Below, piece by piece: positions 9,322-18,287 of a DNA stretch of 44,779 nucleotides. The DNA is taken from the NCBI GenBank assembly GCA_050733555.1, contig JBOHTE010000127.1, positions 1 to 44,779 of the forward strand, read 5' to 3'. Position numbers and translations under genes: made by a program. Within the stretch, counting starts at the first letter, position 1. Every line of letters starts with the position of its first letter. The stretch comes from Gemmatimonadaceae bacterium. GTDB lineage: Bacteria > Gemmatimonadota > Gemmatimonadetes > Gemmatimonadales > Gemmatimonadaceae. A model generated the notes under the pieces. It saw nothing but the letters and a program-made list of their open reading frames with translations. It had not been told where the DNA came from and ran no database searches.

Positions 9322-9603
9322 TCGCTCTCATGACGGGGCAGATATGAATCTTCAGGGTCCGACTGCGATTAGATGGTTTCGCGTACTGGCCGTCATGCAT
9401 GAGTCATGCAGCCAGCGTCAGGTCACATAAACACCGATGTTTCAATGGGTTGAGTTTTTCTGACCAGTGCCGCGGATGCGGACCCTGCCGCGCGGACGCT
9501 ACAACTGCGATGAGGTTGCGAGACGAGTCGGGCCACCGTGCCTGAGCACCGGAAAGGCGTGACGAAGCTCACAACCAGTTCGTCGTTTCCGTCATGATCG
9601 GAA

Positions 9604-9619
9604 CGGACGGATAGTTGCA
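9604..9619 (+). promoter_or_regulatory. weaker candidate sigma-54 -24/-12 promoter (CGGACGGATAGTTGCA)
   Basis: GG at 9605-9606 and GC at 9617-9618 have exact 10-nt spacing, and the -12 element TTGCA is perfect. The -24 element is poor beyond the GG. It lies 167 nt upstream of the OPX gene ATG. Confidence 0.3.
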
Positions 9620-9785
9620 TACTGTTGGACAGCCTCCGGCGTTATGTTGTGGGTCCGCCACAGAGCCCCGCCCGCAGCCTTGGCCGCCGGGAGTCCGGGA
9701 ACCGAAGCGCGTTATTCGACAACGACTTGTACTCAGCTCGCCAAATGGCGACGTCTAGCACAAGGAGTGCATTGCCTGGAGTACC

Positions 9786-10595
9786 ATGGAAACCATGACA
9801 TCCCCCCGGACCTCGGGCGCCCTGTGCGCCTCGTTGCTCCTCGCCGCGGTCCTGTTCGTGTCGGTTTCAGGAGCCGCCGCAGCCCAACAGGTTCAGCCTC
9901 GTGACACCGTTCGTGCGGTGCAGGCCACGCGTGCTCAACTCACCGCGAGAGCGGCGGCGTTGCAGAGCGAACTGCAATCCTCGAGTGACGGCAAGGTTCG
10001 CGCGGCGAAGGAGGCCGAACTGTCGGCCCTGAACCAGCGGCTGGCGAACGGTGATTTCCAGGCGGGCGATCGGATCGCGCTCATCATCCGAAGCGACTCC
10101 GCGGTGAACGACACGGTGGTGGTGCGCAAGGGGCAGGTGATTCAACTCAAGAACCTTCCGGACATCTCGCTCCACGGTGTGCTGCATTCAGAGCTCAATG
10201 CGTACCTGACGAAGGAATTCGGGAAGTACTATCGTAATCCCGAGGTGCTGACCACCTCGCTCATGCAGATCGCCGTGCTGGGAGAGGTCGCGAAGCCCGG
10301 CTTCTACTCCGTCCCGACCGATGTCACGCTGAGCGATGCCGTCATGGCCGCTGGCGGGCCAACACAGACGTCCGATCTCAACGACACGGAAATCCGCCGG
10401 AACGATACGAAGGTGTTCGACAAGAAGGCCGTGCAGCAGGCGTTTGCCGATGGCTCCACGATTGACCAGATGAACTTGCACGCCGGCGATGCCATCGTGG
10501 TTGGCGAGAAGAAAAAGAGCGATTGGATCAGGATTGCGCAGATCGGCGCGCTCACCGCCGGTGTCGCGGTAAGCGTCTACTCCCTGGCCCACTAA
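9786..10595 (+). CDS. outer-membrane polysaccharide export (OPX, Wza-like) protein, short form
   Basis: Signal peptide 'LCASLLLAAVLFVSVSGAAAAQQ'. Poly_export-like 'GDFQAGDRIALII'. SLBB-like 'IAVLGEVAKPGFYSVPTDVTLSDAVMAAGGPT'. Hydrophobic C-terminal helix 'WIRIAQIGALTAGVAVSVYSLAH'. Confidence 0.8.
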   Translation: METMTSPRTSGALCASLLLAAVLFVSVSGAAAAQQVQPRDTVRAVQATRAQLTARAAALQSELQSSSDGKVRAAKEAELSALNQRLANGDFQAGDRIALIIRSDSAVNDTVVVRKGQVIQLKNLPDISLHGVLHSELNAYLTKEFGKYYRNPEVLTTSLMQIAVLGEVAKPGFYSVPTDVTLSDAVMAAGGPTQTSDLNDTEIRRNDTKVFDKKAVQQAFADGSTIDQMNLHAGDAIVVGEKKKSDWIRIAQIGALTAGVAVSVYSLAH

Positions 10596-10621
10596 TGGTG
10601 GGCTGCCGTCCACTGGACTTC

Positions 10622-11476
10622 ATGGCTTCAGAGAACACGCGAAACGTGACAGGCACGAATACCGCAGTCACTGGCGCCGCCGATCGGCGGCGCCCCTTCC
10701 CGCCTGCGATCGAACGCCCGCGGTCCGCGGTGCAGTCCGGCGCGAATGGTGATGGAGGCCGTCGTATCGAACTGGTTCGCGACAGCACACCCCGTTCTGT
10801 CGCGCGCGTTGCGCCCGAGGTGCAGCCGCGCTCACGCTCCGAACTGATCAACCGCGCCGTCAATGTACTCATCGCATGCGTGGCGCTGGTGATTCTGGCG
10901 CCCGTACTGCTGCTCGTCGCCATGGCGATCATGGTCACGTCGCGCGGTCCGGTGCTCTATTCACAGAAACGAGTGGGCCTGGACCGCCGGCGCGGTTCCG
11001 TCGATGCGCTCTACGACCGGCGCGAGACGGATACGGGCGGATGCGTGTTCACGATCTACAAGTTCCGTTCAATGCACGTGAATGCGGAGCAGCAGTCGGG
11101 CGAGGTGTGGGCGACCCGCGAGGATCCCCGGATCACGACCATCGGACGCTTCCTGCGGCGCACCAGATTGGATGAGCTGCCGCAACTGGTGAACGTGGTC
11201 AAGGGAGACATGAACATCGTCGGCCCAAGGCCGGAGCGGCCGAGCATCTTCGCCAGATTGCGCGAAGACATTGACGAATATTCCATGCGGCAGCGTACCC
11301 GTCCCGGCATTACCGGCTGGGCGCAGATCAATCACTCGTACGATGCGTCGCTCGAGGACGTGCGCACGAAGGTGATGTACGATCTGGAATACCTGCAGCG
11401 CCAGTCGCTGGCCGAGGATCTCAAGATCATGGTCAGGACGGTGCCGGTGATGCTGTTCAAGAAGGGCGGGTGGTAG
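10622..11476 (+). CDS. initiating sugar-phosphate transferase (bacterial sugar transferase family, WbaP/EpsB-like)
   Basis: 'RAVNVLIACVALVILAPVLLLVAMAIMVTSRGPVLYSQKRVG', 'YKFRSM', 'DPRITTIGRFLRRTRLDELPQLVNVVKGDMNIVGPRPERP'. Start set at ATG 10622 because the ORF opening at 10523 overlaps the OPX gene. Confidence 0.85.
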   Translation: MASENTRNVTGTNTAVTGAADRRRPFPPAIERPRSAVQSGANGDGGRRIELVRDSTPRSVARVAPEVQPRSRSELINRAVNVLIACVALVILAPVLLLVAMAIMVTSRGPVLYSQKRVGLDRRRGSVDALYDRRETDTGGCVFTIYKFRSMHVNAEQQSGEVWATREDPRITTIGRFLRRTRLDELPQLVNVVKGDMNIVGPRPERPSIFARLREDIDEYSMRQRTRPGITGWAQINHSYDASLEDVRTKVMYDLEYLQRQSLAEDLKIMVRTVPVMLFKKGGW

Positions 11477-11487
11477 GAGAGAGGTGA

Positions 11488-11505
11488 CCCGCGCCGTCGC
11501 GCGGG
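11488..11505. terminator. short GC hairpin between convergent genes
   Basis: CCCGCGC (11488-11494), loop CGTC, GCGCGGG (11499-11505). No T-tract, so the evidence is weak. Confidence 0.25.
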
Positions 11506-11540
11506 CATGCCGCGGGCGGCAGTGGCAGGGACGCTGACAG

Positions 11541-12707
11541 CTAGAGCGGGCGCCGCGTGGGTTCCCACACCGGAATCCGCTCCCGGCGCAGGACCTTGAG
11601 CCAGGCCTGAACGCCGGCCAGGTTCGAAACCAGTGCAAAACCCGCGACTGCGATCGGCATCGGCATGCGCCGCGCCGGAGGCCAGCGGAGCGCCGCGTAT
11701 CCTGTGACGATGCCCAGCGCGGCCAGCGCGATGGCCAGCCAGGCCCACGACGTGCGCGCGGTGGCGAGCAGCAGTCCGATGAGCGCCAGCGGCAGCGTCA
11801 GATACACCAGCCAGCGAGAGAGCTTGTGGCTGATGAGCATGAGCGCGAATGCGCCATTCCGCACCGGGTTCATGAGCGCGCCGAAGTGACGGAGCGTTTC
11901 CAGTCCCTGCGCCATCGTGCGCGCCTTGCGGCGCATCTCAGCCCGCAGTGAGGTGGTACGCGGGACCATGCACGTCGCCTCCGCCACGGAGACCGCCCGC
12001 AGTCCGCGTTCCCGCGCGATGAGCGCGCTCGCAAAGTCGCGAGCCAGGTCTCCGGGCAGGGACACACACTGGATCTCGCGACGCACCGCGTAGCAGCAGC
12101 CGCTGGCTCCCACAATGGAACCGATGCGTGTTTCGAGTGATCGAACCCACATCTCGTAGCCCACATAGCCCGATTCGCCGCGATTTCCCTCGCGTTCCTC
12201 ATCACCTACGCTCAGGTCGCGTCCCGACGCGACGCCCACGGTCGGATCGGCGAACCGGCGAACGAGCGCCTTCACCGAGTGCGGCAGCATCCGGATCGAG
12301 GCGTCGGTGTTGACGACGATCTCACCGCGAATCGCCGGGGCGGACAGATTTTCCGCGCTCGTCTTCCCCCCGCGCTGCGGCACGCGGAACAGCTCGACCC
12401 CGTGCGCGGCAAACTCATTGACAATGGCGTCCGTGCCATCACCGGATGCGTCCGACACAATCAGGATCTGCCGGCGATCGGCAGGATAATCAACGGCGAG
12501 CAGACTCTCGATCGTCGCGCGGATGCGGCGCTCCTCGTTGTATGCCGGTACGGCGATCGTGATGCAGGGCCATTCCGCCGGGTCGCCATCGGCGCGCGGG
12601 ACCGCGCGCAACCGGGAGAGCAGCCAGAGGAGCACGGGATACACCAGATACGCGTAGGCGAAGATCGCGATGGGGATCGCAAGGAGCACCACTGCCGCGG
12701 CGAACAT
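11541..12707 (-). CDS. membrane-embedded family-2 glycosyltransferase (synthase-like topology)
   Basis: N-terminal TM 'AAVVLLAIPIAIFAYAYLVYPVLLWLL'. GT2 core 'ITIAVPAYNEE', 'IVSDASGDGT', 'VVNTDAS', 'GCCYAVRRE', 'LARDFA'. Several C-terminal TM segments. Confidence 0.85.
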   Translation of the reverse strand: MFAAAVVLLAIPIAIFAYAYLVYPVLLWLLSRLRAVPRADGDPAEWPCITIAVPAYNEERRIRATIESLLAVDYPADRRQILIVSDASGDGTDAIVNEFAAHGVELFRVPQRGGKTSAENLSAPAIRGEIVVNTDASIRMLPHSVKALVRRFADPTVGVASGRDLSVGDEEREGNRGESGYVGYEMWVRSLETRIGSIVGASGCCYAVRREIQCVSLPGDLARDFASALIARERGLRAVSVAEATCMVPRTTSLRAEMRRKARTMAQGLETLRHFGALMNPVRNGAFALMLISHKLSRWLVYLTLPLALIGLLLATARTSWAWLAIALAALGIVTGYAALRWPPARRMPMPIAVAGFALVSNLAGVQAWLKVLRRERIPVWEPTRRPL

Positions 12708-13906
12708 CAGACGATCCCTGGCGCGGGAAGCGGATCCGTGAGCGACCGGTACAACGACTCATAGCGCCGCAGCCAGGGCTCCAGCGCGAACTCCCGTTCG
12801 AGGCGCGCGCGAGCCGCCGCGGCCCTGGCTGCGGCGGCGGCCGGATCGGCACGCAGCGCGTCCAGCGCGGACGCCAGCGCCAGGCTGTCATCAGGCGGCA
12901 CGAGCAACGCTTCAGCATCAGTCAGCATGTCCGGCACTCCGCCTACCCTGCTGGCGACGATGGGCGTGCCGGCGGCCATGGCCTCCAGCAGCACGATGGG
13001 AATGCCCTCTGTTCTCGAGCTCAATACCAGTCCGTCGAACGCCGCGAAGGATGCGCTCGCGCTCGGCACGGGGCCGTGCCAACGGATCCGTTCGCTCACA
13101 CCAAGTCGCGACGCGAGTGACAGGAGCGCCGCACGCTCCGGGCCGTCGCCGAGCAGCGACAGGTGGAGATCCTGCGCCATCGTACGCGCCATGGCGCTCA
13201 CCAGAACGTCCGGCCCCTTTTCCCGACTCAGCCGCCCTACCTGACCAAGGGTGAACTCGTTGGCGGGAATCCCGAGCGCCGAGCGCGCCGCATCCCGGGA
13301 AAGCCTCGCGGCAGCCGCGTCGAACGCGTTGCCAATCACGTGCAGCCGCTCGGAGCGCACGCCTCTCCGGCGCAGTCTTTGCTCGATGGTGCGGGAGACG
13401 GCCACCACGGCCGTGAATCGCCTGAGCGCTGCTTCCTGTATCCATTCGTACATCCTGTTCCGAATCCCTCCACCGGTGAATCCATGGACAGTCGTGACAG
13501 TTGGTATGCCCAGCGATCGCGGCACACCAGCGTCCACAACATCCGGCCGGTACCCGTGCGAATGGACGACCGAAGGGCGGATTGCGGCGCACAGCGTCCG
13601 AATCGCGGCACGTTCGGCCGCATAACTGCGCGTCGGGATGGCGATTGGAGCGATCTCCACCCCTGCATCCTGGAGGGACGCGAGAAAGGGGTGCGGCAGC
13701 GGCGCGGGCGGCACGACGCCGGCCACGACGACCCGGTGCCCCTCCCGACGGTGCCCCTCTGCCAGCATGCGGACCACACTTTCCAGGCCACCCATCTCGG
13801 CTGGCGCCGTGACGTGCAGTATCGTTAGAGATCGTGACAGAGCCGTACCGGTTGGTGAGAGGGTGCGGTCGCCGTGGCGTACGCTGCCTCCATGCCGCCG
13901 CAGCAT
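12707..13906 (-). CDS. family-4 (GT-B) glycosyltransferase
   Basis: 'ILHVTAPAEMGGLESVV' N-terminus. EX7E motif 'SRTEGIPIVLLEAMAAGTPIVASRVGGVPD'. Its stop overlaps the start of the GT2 gene. Confidence 0.8.
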   Translation of the reverse strand: MLRRHGGSVRHGDRTLSPTGTALSRSLTILHVTAPAEMGGLESVVRMLAEGHRREGHRVVVAGVVPPAPLPHPFLASLQDAGVEIAPIAIPTRSYAAERAAIRTLCAAIRPSVVHSHGYRPDVVDAGVPRSLGIPTVTTVHGFTGGGIRNRMYEWIQEAALRRFTAVVAVSRTIEQRLRRRGVRSERLHVIGNAFDAAAARLSRDAARSALGIPANEFTLGQVGRLSREKGPDVLVSAMARTMAQDLHLSLLGDGPERAALLSLASRLGVSERIRWHGPVPSASASFAAFDGLVLSSRTEGIPIVLLEAMAAGTPIVASRVGGVPDMLTDAEALLVPPDDSLALASALDALRADPAAAAARAAAARARLEREFALEPWLRRYESLYRSLTDPLPAPGIV

Positions 13907-14008
13907 CTGCCGTGTACCACGGGGTGAACGTCCACTGGGGCCGCGAAAGTCTGTGCCGCCTCGCTTCGCACATTCGTCCTACATCCAGCCCGGGTTCACC
14001 TTCCTTCC

Positions 14009-15556
14009 TTGAAGATACGATTGTCTGCCTCGATCAGTACACCACTCACCAAGGAGGAGAGCTTCCCGGCCGAGCTGGCGCCGGCACTCGACACGTCGCT
14101 CGACAGCGATCTGCTCACTGGAATCGCCTGGACAGGTGGAATGAAGTGGGCGGTGCAGATCGTCAGCTGGGCCTCGACCATGATCGTTGCCCGGCTGCTC
14201 ACGCCGGGCGACTTCGGCCTGATGGGCATGGCCGCGGTGTACCTCGGTTTCGTGGCCCTGGTCAACGAATTCGGACTCACGGCCGCCATTCTCCGGGATC
14301 GCGATCTCTCCGAGGGTCACATCGCGCAGCTGGGCGGATTCGGCATCGTCGTGGGGATGGTACTCTGTCTGCTGTCCGTGGCGGTCGCTGGTCCCATCGC
14401 ACGCTTCTATGGCGAATCGGCGATCCGCGGTGTCGTCGAGATCCTGAGTCTCAACTTCCTCTTCTCGTCGATTGGCGTGCTGCCGCGTGCGCTGCTCGCT
14501 CGCGACCTGCGCTTCCGCCAGCTCTCCATTATCGACGCCGCATCCAATGCGGTGCAGATCGCCTTCACGATCACGCTCGCCTTTCTCGGATTCCGGTATC
14601 TCTCGCTGGTGTTCGGCAGTCTCGCGGCGAGCGCCGTGGCATCCGTCCTGGCCTTTCTCGTGCGGCGCCACCGCCTGGCATTGCCGACGCATGTCCGGGA
14701 GATCTCCGAATCGCTGCGGGTCGGTTGGCACGTCGTCGTGGGACGGATCTGCTGGTACACCTATCAGAATGCGGACTTCGCGATTGTCGGGCGAGTCCTC
14801 GGCAAGGGCATGCTCGGCGCGTACACGCTGGGCTGGGAGATTGCCACGCTGCCGGTCGAACGGATCAGCGCACTGATTTCGCAGGTCACACCGGCCATCT
14901 TCTCCAGCGTCTCCTCGGATCGCCCGGCGTTGCGCCGATACTACCTCGCGCTGGTGGAGGGGCTGGCGTTCTTCACGTTTCCGGCGTCGGTCGGCATTGC
15001 GCTCACGGCACCACTGCTCGTCCCGCTGGCACTCGGTCCGCAGTGGAGCCAAGCCATTCTCCCCCTGCAGCTCCTGGCGGTGTATGGTGGAATGCGGTCC
15101 ATCACGACCATCAATTCGCCGGTCATGATCTACACCAGGCATTCACGCCAGAGCATGTGGTACGCGGTCATCGGGGCCGTGGTGCTGCCCGCGATGTTTT
15201 TCTTCGGCACGCGCTGGGGGGCGGCAGGAGTGGCCGCCATGTGGATCATCGGCTATCCCGTGGTGCTCATTCCTTCGTACCGGCTGGTCTTTCGCATCCT
15301 CGAGTTGTCGCCGCGCGTCTTTTTTCTGAATCTGTGGCCCGCGATCAGCAGCACGCTCGTGATGGCCCTTGCCGTGTTCGCGGAACGCGCGCTGGTGGCG
15401 CCGAACGTGTCCGTTCCGGTCAGACTCTCCCTGGAAGTGGCGCTGGGCGTGATCGTGTACAGCGGCGTCATGCTCGCCCTGCATCGCCAGCGCCTCATGG
15501 CGTTCGTCTCGCTGGTACGCACGGCGCGACGTACGAAGGCGCTGGCCGGCACGTGA
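14009..15556 (+). CDS. wzx: Wzx-type oligosaccharide flippase (MOP/polysaccharide biosynthesis protein family)
   Basis: 515 aa and multi-TM throughout. The N-terminal 'WTGGMKWAVQIVSWASTMIVARLLTPGDFGLMGMA' is typical of Wzx/RfbX proteins. The start is a TTG and uncertain. Confidence 0.8.
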   Translation: MKIRLSASISTPLTKEESFPAELAPALDTSLDSDLLTGIAWTGGMKWAVQIVSWASTMIVARLLTPGDFGLMGMAAVYLGFVALVNEFGLTAAILRDRDLSEGHIAQLGGFGIVVGMVLCLLSVAVAGPIARFYGESAIRGVVEILSLNFLFSSIGVLPRALLARDLRFRQLSIIDAASNAVQIAFTITLAFLGFRYLSLVFGSLAASAVASVLAFLVRRHRLALPTHVREISESLRVGWHVVVGRICWYTYQNADFAIVGRVLGKGMLGAYTLGWEIATLPVERISALISQVTPAIFSSVSSDRPALRRYYLALVEGLAFFTFPASVGIALTAPLLVPLALGPQWSQAILPLQLLAVYGGMRSITTINSPVMIYTRHSRQSMWYAVIGAVVLPAMFFFGTRWGAAGVAAMWIIGYPVVLIPSYRLVFRILELSPRVFFLNLWPAISSTLVMALAVFAERALVAPNVSVPVRLSLEVALGVIVYSGVMLALHRQRLMAFVSLVRTARRTKALAGT

Positions 15557-15561
15557 AGGTC

Positions 15562-16815
15562 ATGTCCCACCCGTCCACGGATTCCGAGCTCGAGTCGCCA
15601 CGCGAATCGGGCACGCGGCAGGATGCACCGCCGCTGTATCCGCACATCGGAATCATCTCGCTGTCGGTGGATCCCTGGGGCTGGCGCTGGAATTCCCGGC
15701 ACCAGGTCCTCACCCGGGTTGCGGAGTACTTTCGCGTACTCTGGCTGGATCCTGCCGCGGAGTGGCGCACGGCGGTCCGCAGCGGGATCGTGACCGCGCG
15801 CGAGACCACGCCGCAGGGGCAGCTTCCTTCGTTCACGGTTCGCGTGAGTGCGTCGTGGCTGCCAGTGATCTACCGGCCGGCATGGCTCGGCGGCGCGCTC
15901 TTTCGCGCGCGGATCGCCGCCGCTCGCGACAGTCTGCGGCGACAGGGGTGCCGGCGCATCGTGCTGTACATCTGGCACCCCCAGCTCGTCGCCGCGTTGG
16001 ATGCCGTGCCCTATGACCTGAGCGTCTACCACATCTACGATGACCACTCGCGCAGCGACACGGTTGATCCGCAGCTTGATCCGGACGAGGCGCGACTGGT
16101 ACGTCGGGCACAGCTGCTCTTCACCGTCTCGCGCCCCATGTTCGAGTGGAAGGGGGCGCTGAACGTGCACAGTCACCTGCTGTCCAACGGGGTGGACTTC
16201 GCGGCGTTCGCGGATCCCGTACCCGTGCCGGAGGATCTGGCGCGCGTTCCGGAGCCGAGACTGGGCTATGCGGGATTTCTGAAGACGCAACTGGATTGGG
16301 ACCTGCTGCTGTCGCTCGCCACGCGACATCCCGAATGGTCGTTCGTGCTGGTTGGTGCGCGGCGCGTGCAACCGGAGCTCGCCGCGCAGATCAGCCGTCT
16401 CGAAGAGACGCCGAACGTGTATTTTCTCGGCCCCAAATCCACGGTGGAACTGTCGCATTACGCCCAGCATTTCGATGTCTGCCTCATGCCCTATCGCATG
16501 AACAGCTACGCCACATTCACGTATCCGCTCAAGCTGAACGAGTATCTGGCTGGAGGCCGCCCGGTGGTGAGCGTGCCGCTGCCGGCTCTGGAGGAAGCGG
16601 ACGGACTGGTGGGCATTGCCAGTACCATTTCCGAGTGGGACGACGCGTTGACGCGGGCACTCGAACCGGCGGCCAACGCGCCGGCGCTGCGGCTGGCGCG
16701 CCAGGCAGAGGCCAGACGTCATGACTGGAGCGTGATCGTAAAGCAGGTAGCCGACGCGATCGTGGAGGCACTCGGCGACGCGCGTGATGGCCGTCGCGGC
16801 GGGCAGAGGGACTGA
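15562..16815 (+). CDS. GT-B glycosyltransferase (TuaH-like)
   Basis: This is the 3' two-fifths of the 993-aa ORF 13834-16815, starting at ATG 15562, 6 nt after the wzx stop. C-terminal 'VYFLGPKS...CLMPYRMNSYATFTYPLKLNEYLAGGRPVVSVPLP' matches GT1/GT4-type nucleotide-sugar binding domains. Confidence 0.65.
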   Translation: MSHPSTDSELESPRESGTRQDAPPLYPHIGIISLSVDPWGWRWNSRHQVLTRVAEYFRVLWLDPAAEWRTAVRSGIVTARETTPQGQLPSFTVRVSASWLPVIYRPAWLGGALFRARIAAARDSLRRQGCRRIVLYIWHPQLVAALDAVPYDLSVYHIYDDHSRSDTVDPQLDPDEARLVRRAQLLFTVSRPMFEWKGALNVHSHLLSNGVDFAAFADPVPVPEDLARVPEPRLGYAGFLKTQLDWDLLLSLATRHPEWSFVLVGARRVQPELAAQISRLEETPNVYFLGPKSTVELSHYAQHFDVCLMPYRMNSYATFTYPLKLNEYLAGGRPVVSVPLPALEEADGLVGIASTISEWDDALTRALEPAANAPALRLARQAEARRHDWSVIVKQVADAIVEALGDARDGRRGGQRD

Positions 16816-16817
16816 TC

Positions 16818-18287
16818 GTGCGAGTGATTCTGGAGAACCGGGCAGCACATCTGCCGCCGCACCCCCGCCTGCTGCTGATCAGCTATCATTTCCCTCCCGA
16901 CACGACAGTCGGCGCGCGACGCTGGGAGAAGCTGGCGCGCTACGTGGTGGAGCGCGGGTGGGGGCTGGACGTCATCACGCGTGAACAGCCGCGGGACGAT
17001 CCGGAGCGGCTGGCAGCACTGCCGAACGACTGCAGCGTGCAGGTTCTGGCTGAGCGGCGGCAGCTGCCCGAACGCGTGGAGGATCTTGTCCACGGGGTGT
17101 ATCGCACGGTGCGGCCGGCGCACACCCCCGCGGCGGGAGTGCCGCTGGTGGGAGCGGCCGGGAATGGCACCGGCGCGGCCGCGATCAGTGTCGATGCGGC
17201 CGCGCTTCGTCCGCAAACACTCGACCGTGAGGAGATCCGGCGCACTGCGTACACGCTCCGCGGCATGATGCGCGGGTACTGGGCCTGGCGGTCGTACAGT
17301 TGTCATCGAGCATGGGCCCGCGCGGCGGCTGCCGAAGCGCTGCGGCTGCGCACCGCGGACCACTTCGCGGTCGTGACATCGGGGCCGCCACACATGACCC
17401 ACGAGGGAGGACGTCTGGCCTCGCTCCGCTCCGGCCTTCCCCATGTCATGGACATGCGCGACCCGTGGAGTCTGAGCCCGCGTCTCGCCGAAGGACACGC
17501 GAGCCCCGTCTGGCTGCGACTCGCCGAGCGCTACGAGCGTGCGGCGGTGGAGCATGCCGCGCTCATTGTCGCCAACACCACGCCCGCGGCCGATGCGCTG
17601 GCACGCGTCTATCCGGCGCGGCGCGCCGACATCGTCGCGGCCATGAATGGGTGCGATGATGATCCGATCCCCCCGTCGAGTCATGGCGAGAAGTTCGCCA
17701 TCCGCTACGCCGGCACGATCTACACGCAGGGCGATCCCACGGCGCTGTTGCGTAGCGCGGCACGCGTCATCACGGAGCGATCGCTCACGCCCGCGCAGTT
17801 CGGCGTGGACTTCCTGGGCGCGTTCGACGGGCCCGGGCAGCTCCCGATCAGCGCGATCGCGCGGGAGGAAGGGATCGCGGACTTCGTCACCGTCATGCCG
17901 CGCCAGCCGCACGCGATCGCCATGCAGTTCATGGCTGACGCCACGATGCTCGTGACGTTCGCGGGGTGGAGCACCATCACGATCCCCGCCAAGACGTTCG
18001 AGTGTGTGCGCTTCGATGCCTGGCTGCTCGCGCTGTCGGACGCGGGGAGCGCGAACGATCTGCTCCTGAAGGATACGAGCGCGGACAGCGTGGACACCGA
18101 TGACATTGATGCGATTGCTGCCGCGATCAGCAGACGCTACACCGCCTTCGTGCGGGGTGAGCGCCCGGTGCGCATTGCCCAGGACGACCGATTCAGCCGG
18201 CGCGAGCAGGCGCGCATTCTCCTGGACGCCGTGGCCGGCCTGCTGCCTCAGCCCGACCGGCGCAGCGACCTGGCCGCGCGATCCTGA
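16818..18287 (+). CDS. putative GT-B glycosyltransferase
   Basis: GTG start 3 nt after the previous stop. 'LLLISYHFPPDTTVGARRWEKLARYVVERGWGLDVIT' resembles GT4 N-terminal domains. C-terminal 'IPAKTFECVRFDAWLLAL' is GT-like. The functional call is weaker than for its neighbours. Confidence 0.5.
   Translation: MRVILENRAAHLPPHPRLLLISYHFPPDTTVGARRWEKLARYVVERGWGLDVITREQPRDDPERLAALPNDCSVQVLAERRQLPERVEDLVHGVYRTVRPAHTPAAGVPLVGAAGNGTGAAAISVDAAALRPQTLDREEIRRTAYTLRGMMRGYWAWRSYSCHRAWARAAAAEALRLRTADHFAVVTSGPPHMTHEGGRLASLRSGLPHVMDMRDPWSLSPRLAEGHASPVWLRLAERYERAAVEHAALIVANTTPAADALARVYPARRADIVAAMNGCDDDPIPPSSHGEKFAIRYAGTIYTQGDPTALLRSAARVITERSLTPAQFGVDFLGAFDGPGQLPISAIAREEGIADFVTVMPRQPHAIAMQFMADATMLVTFAGWSTITIPAKTFECVRFDAWLLALSDAGSANDLLLKDTSADSVDTDDIDAIAAAISRRYTAFVRGERPVRIAQDDRFSRREQARILLDAVAGLLPQPDRRSDLAARS

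Noticed and set aside
9328-9597. Recurring CCGTCATGA / GTCATGCA motifs at 9328-9336 (reverse complement), 9392-9399, 9403-9410 and 9589-9597
   Set aside because: These are short 8-9-mers in a 460-bp region. About one such coincidence is expected by chance, and nothing else supports an operator. It would only become interesting if conserved in relatives.
13943-13958. Minus-strand CGGCACAGACTTTCGC upstream of the GT4/GT2 operon
   Set aside because: The GG-to-GC spacing is 11 nt and the -12 element reads TTCGC. This does not meet the sigma-54 spacing rule.
14050-14058. AAGGAGGAG Shine-Dalgarno-like string inside the 5' end of wzx
   Set aside because: No ATG, GTG or TTG lies in frame within 5-12 nt downstream. 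The conserved Wzx N-terminal segment would still be encoded, but no usable start follows, so the TTG at 14009 is kept with low certainty.
13834-15561. 5' three-fifths of the 993-aa plus-strand ORF 13834-16815
   Set aside because: This part overlaps the multi-TM Wzx frame (14009-15556) and the 5' end of the minus-strand GT4 gene. It translates to Arg/Gly/Pro-rich sequence. Only the part from ATG 15562, 6 nt after the wzx stop, has glycosyltransferase motifs.
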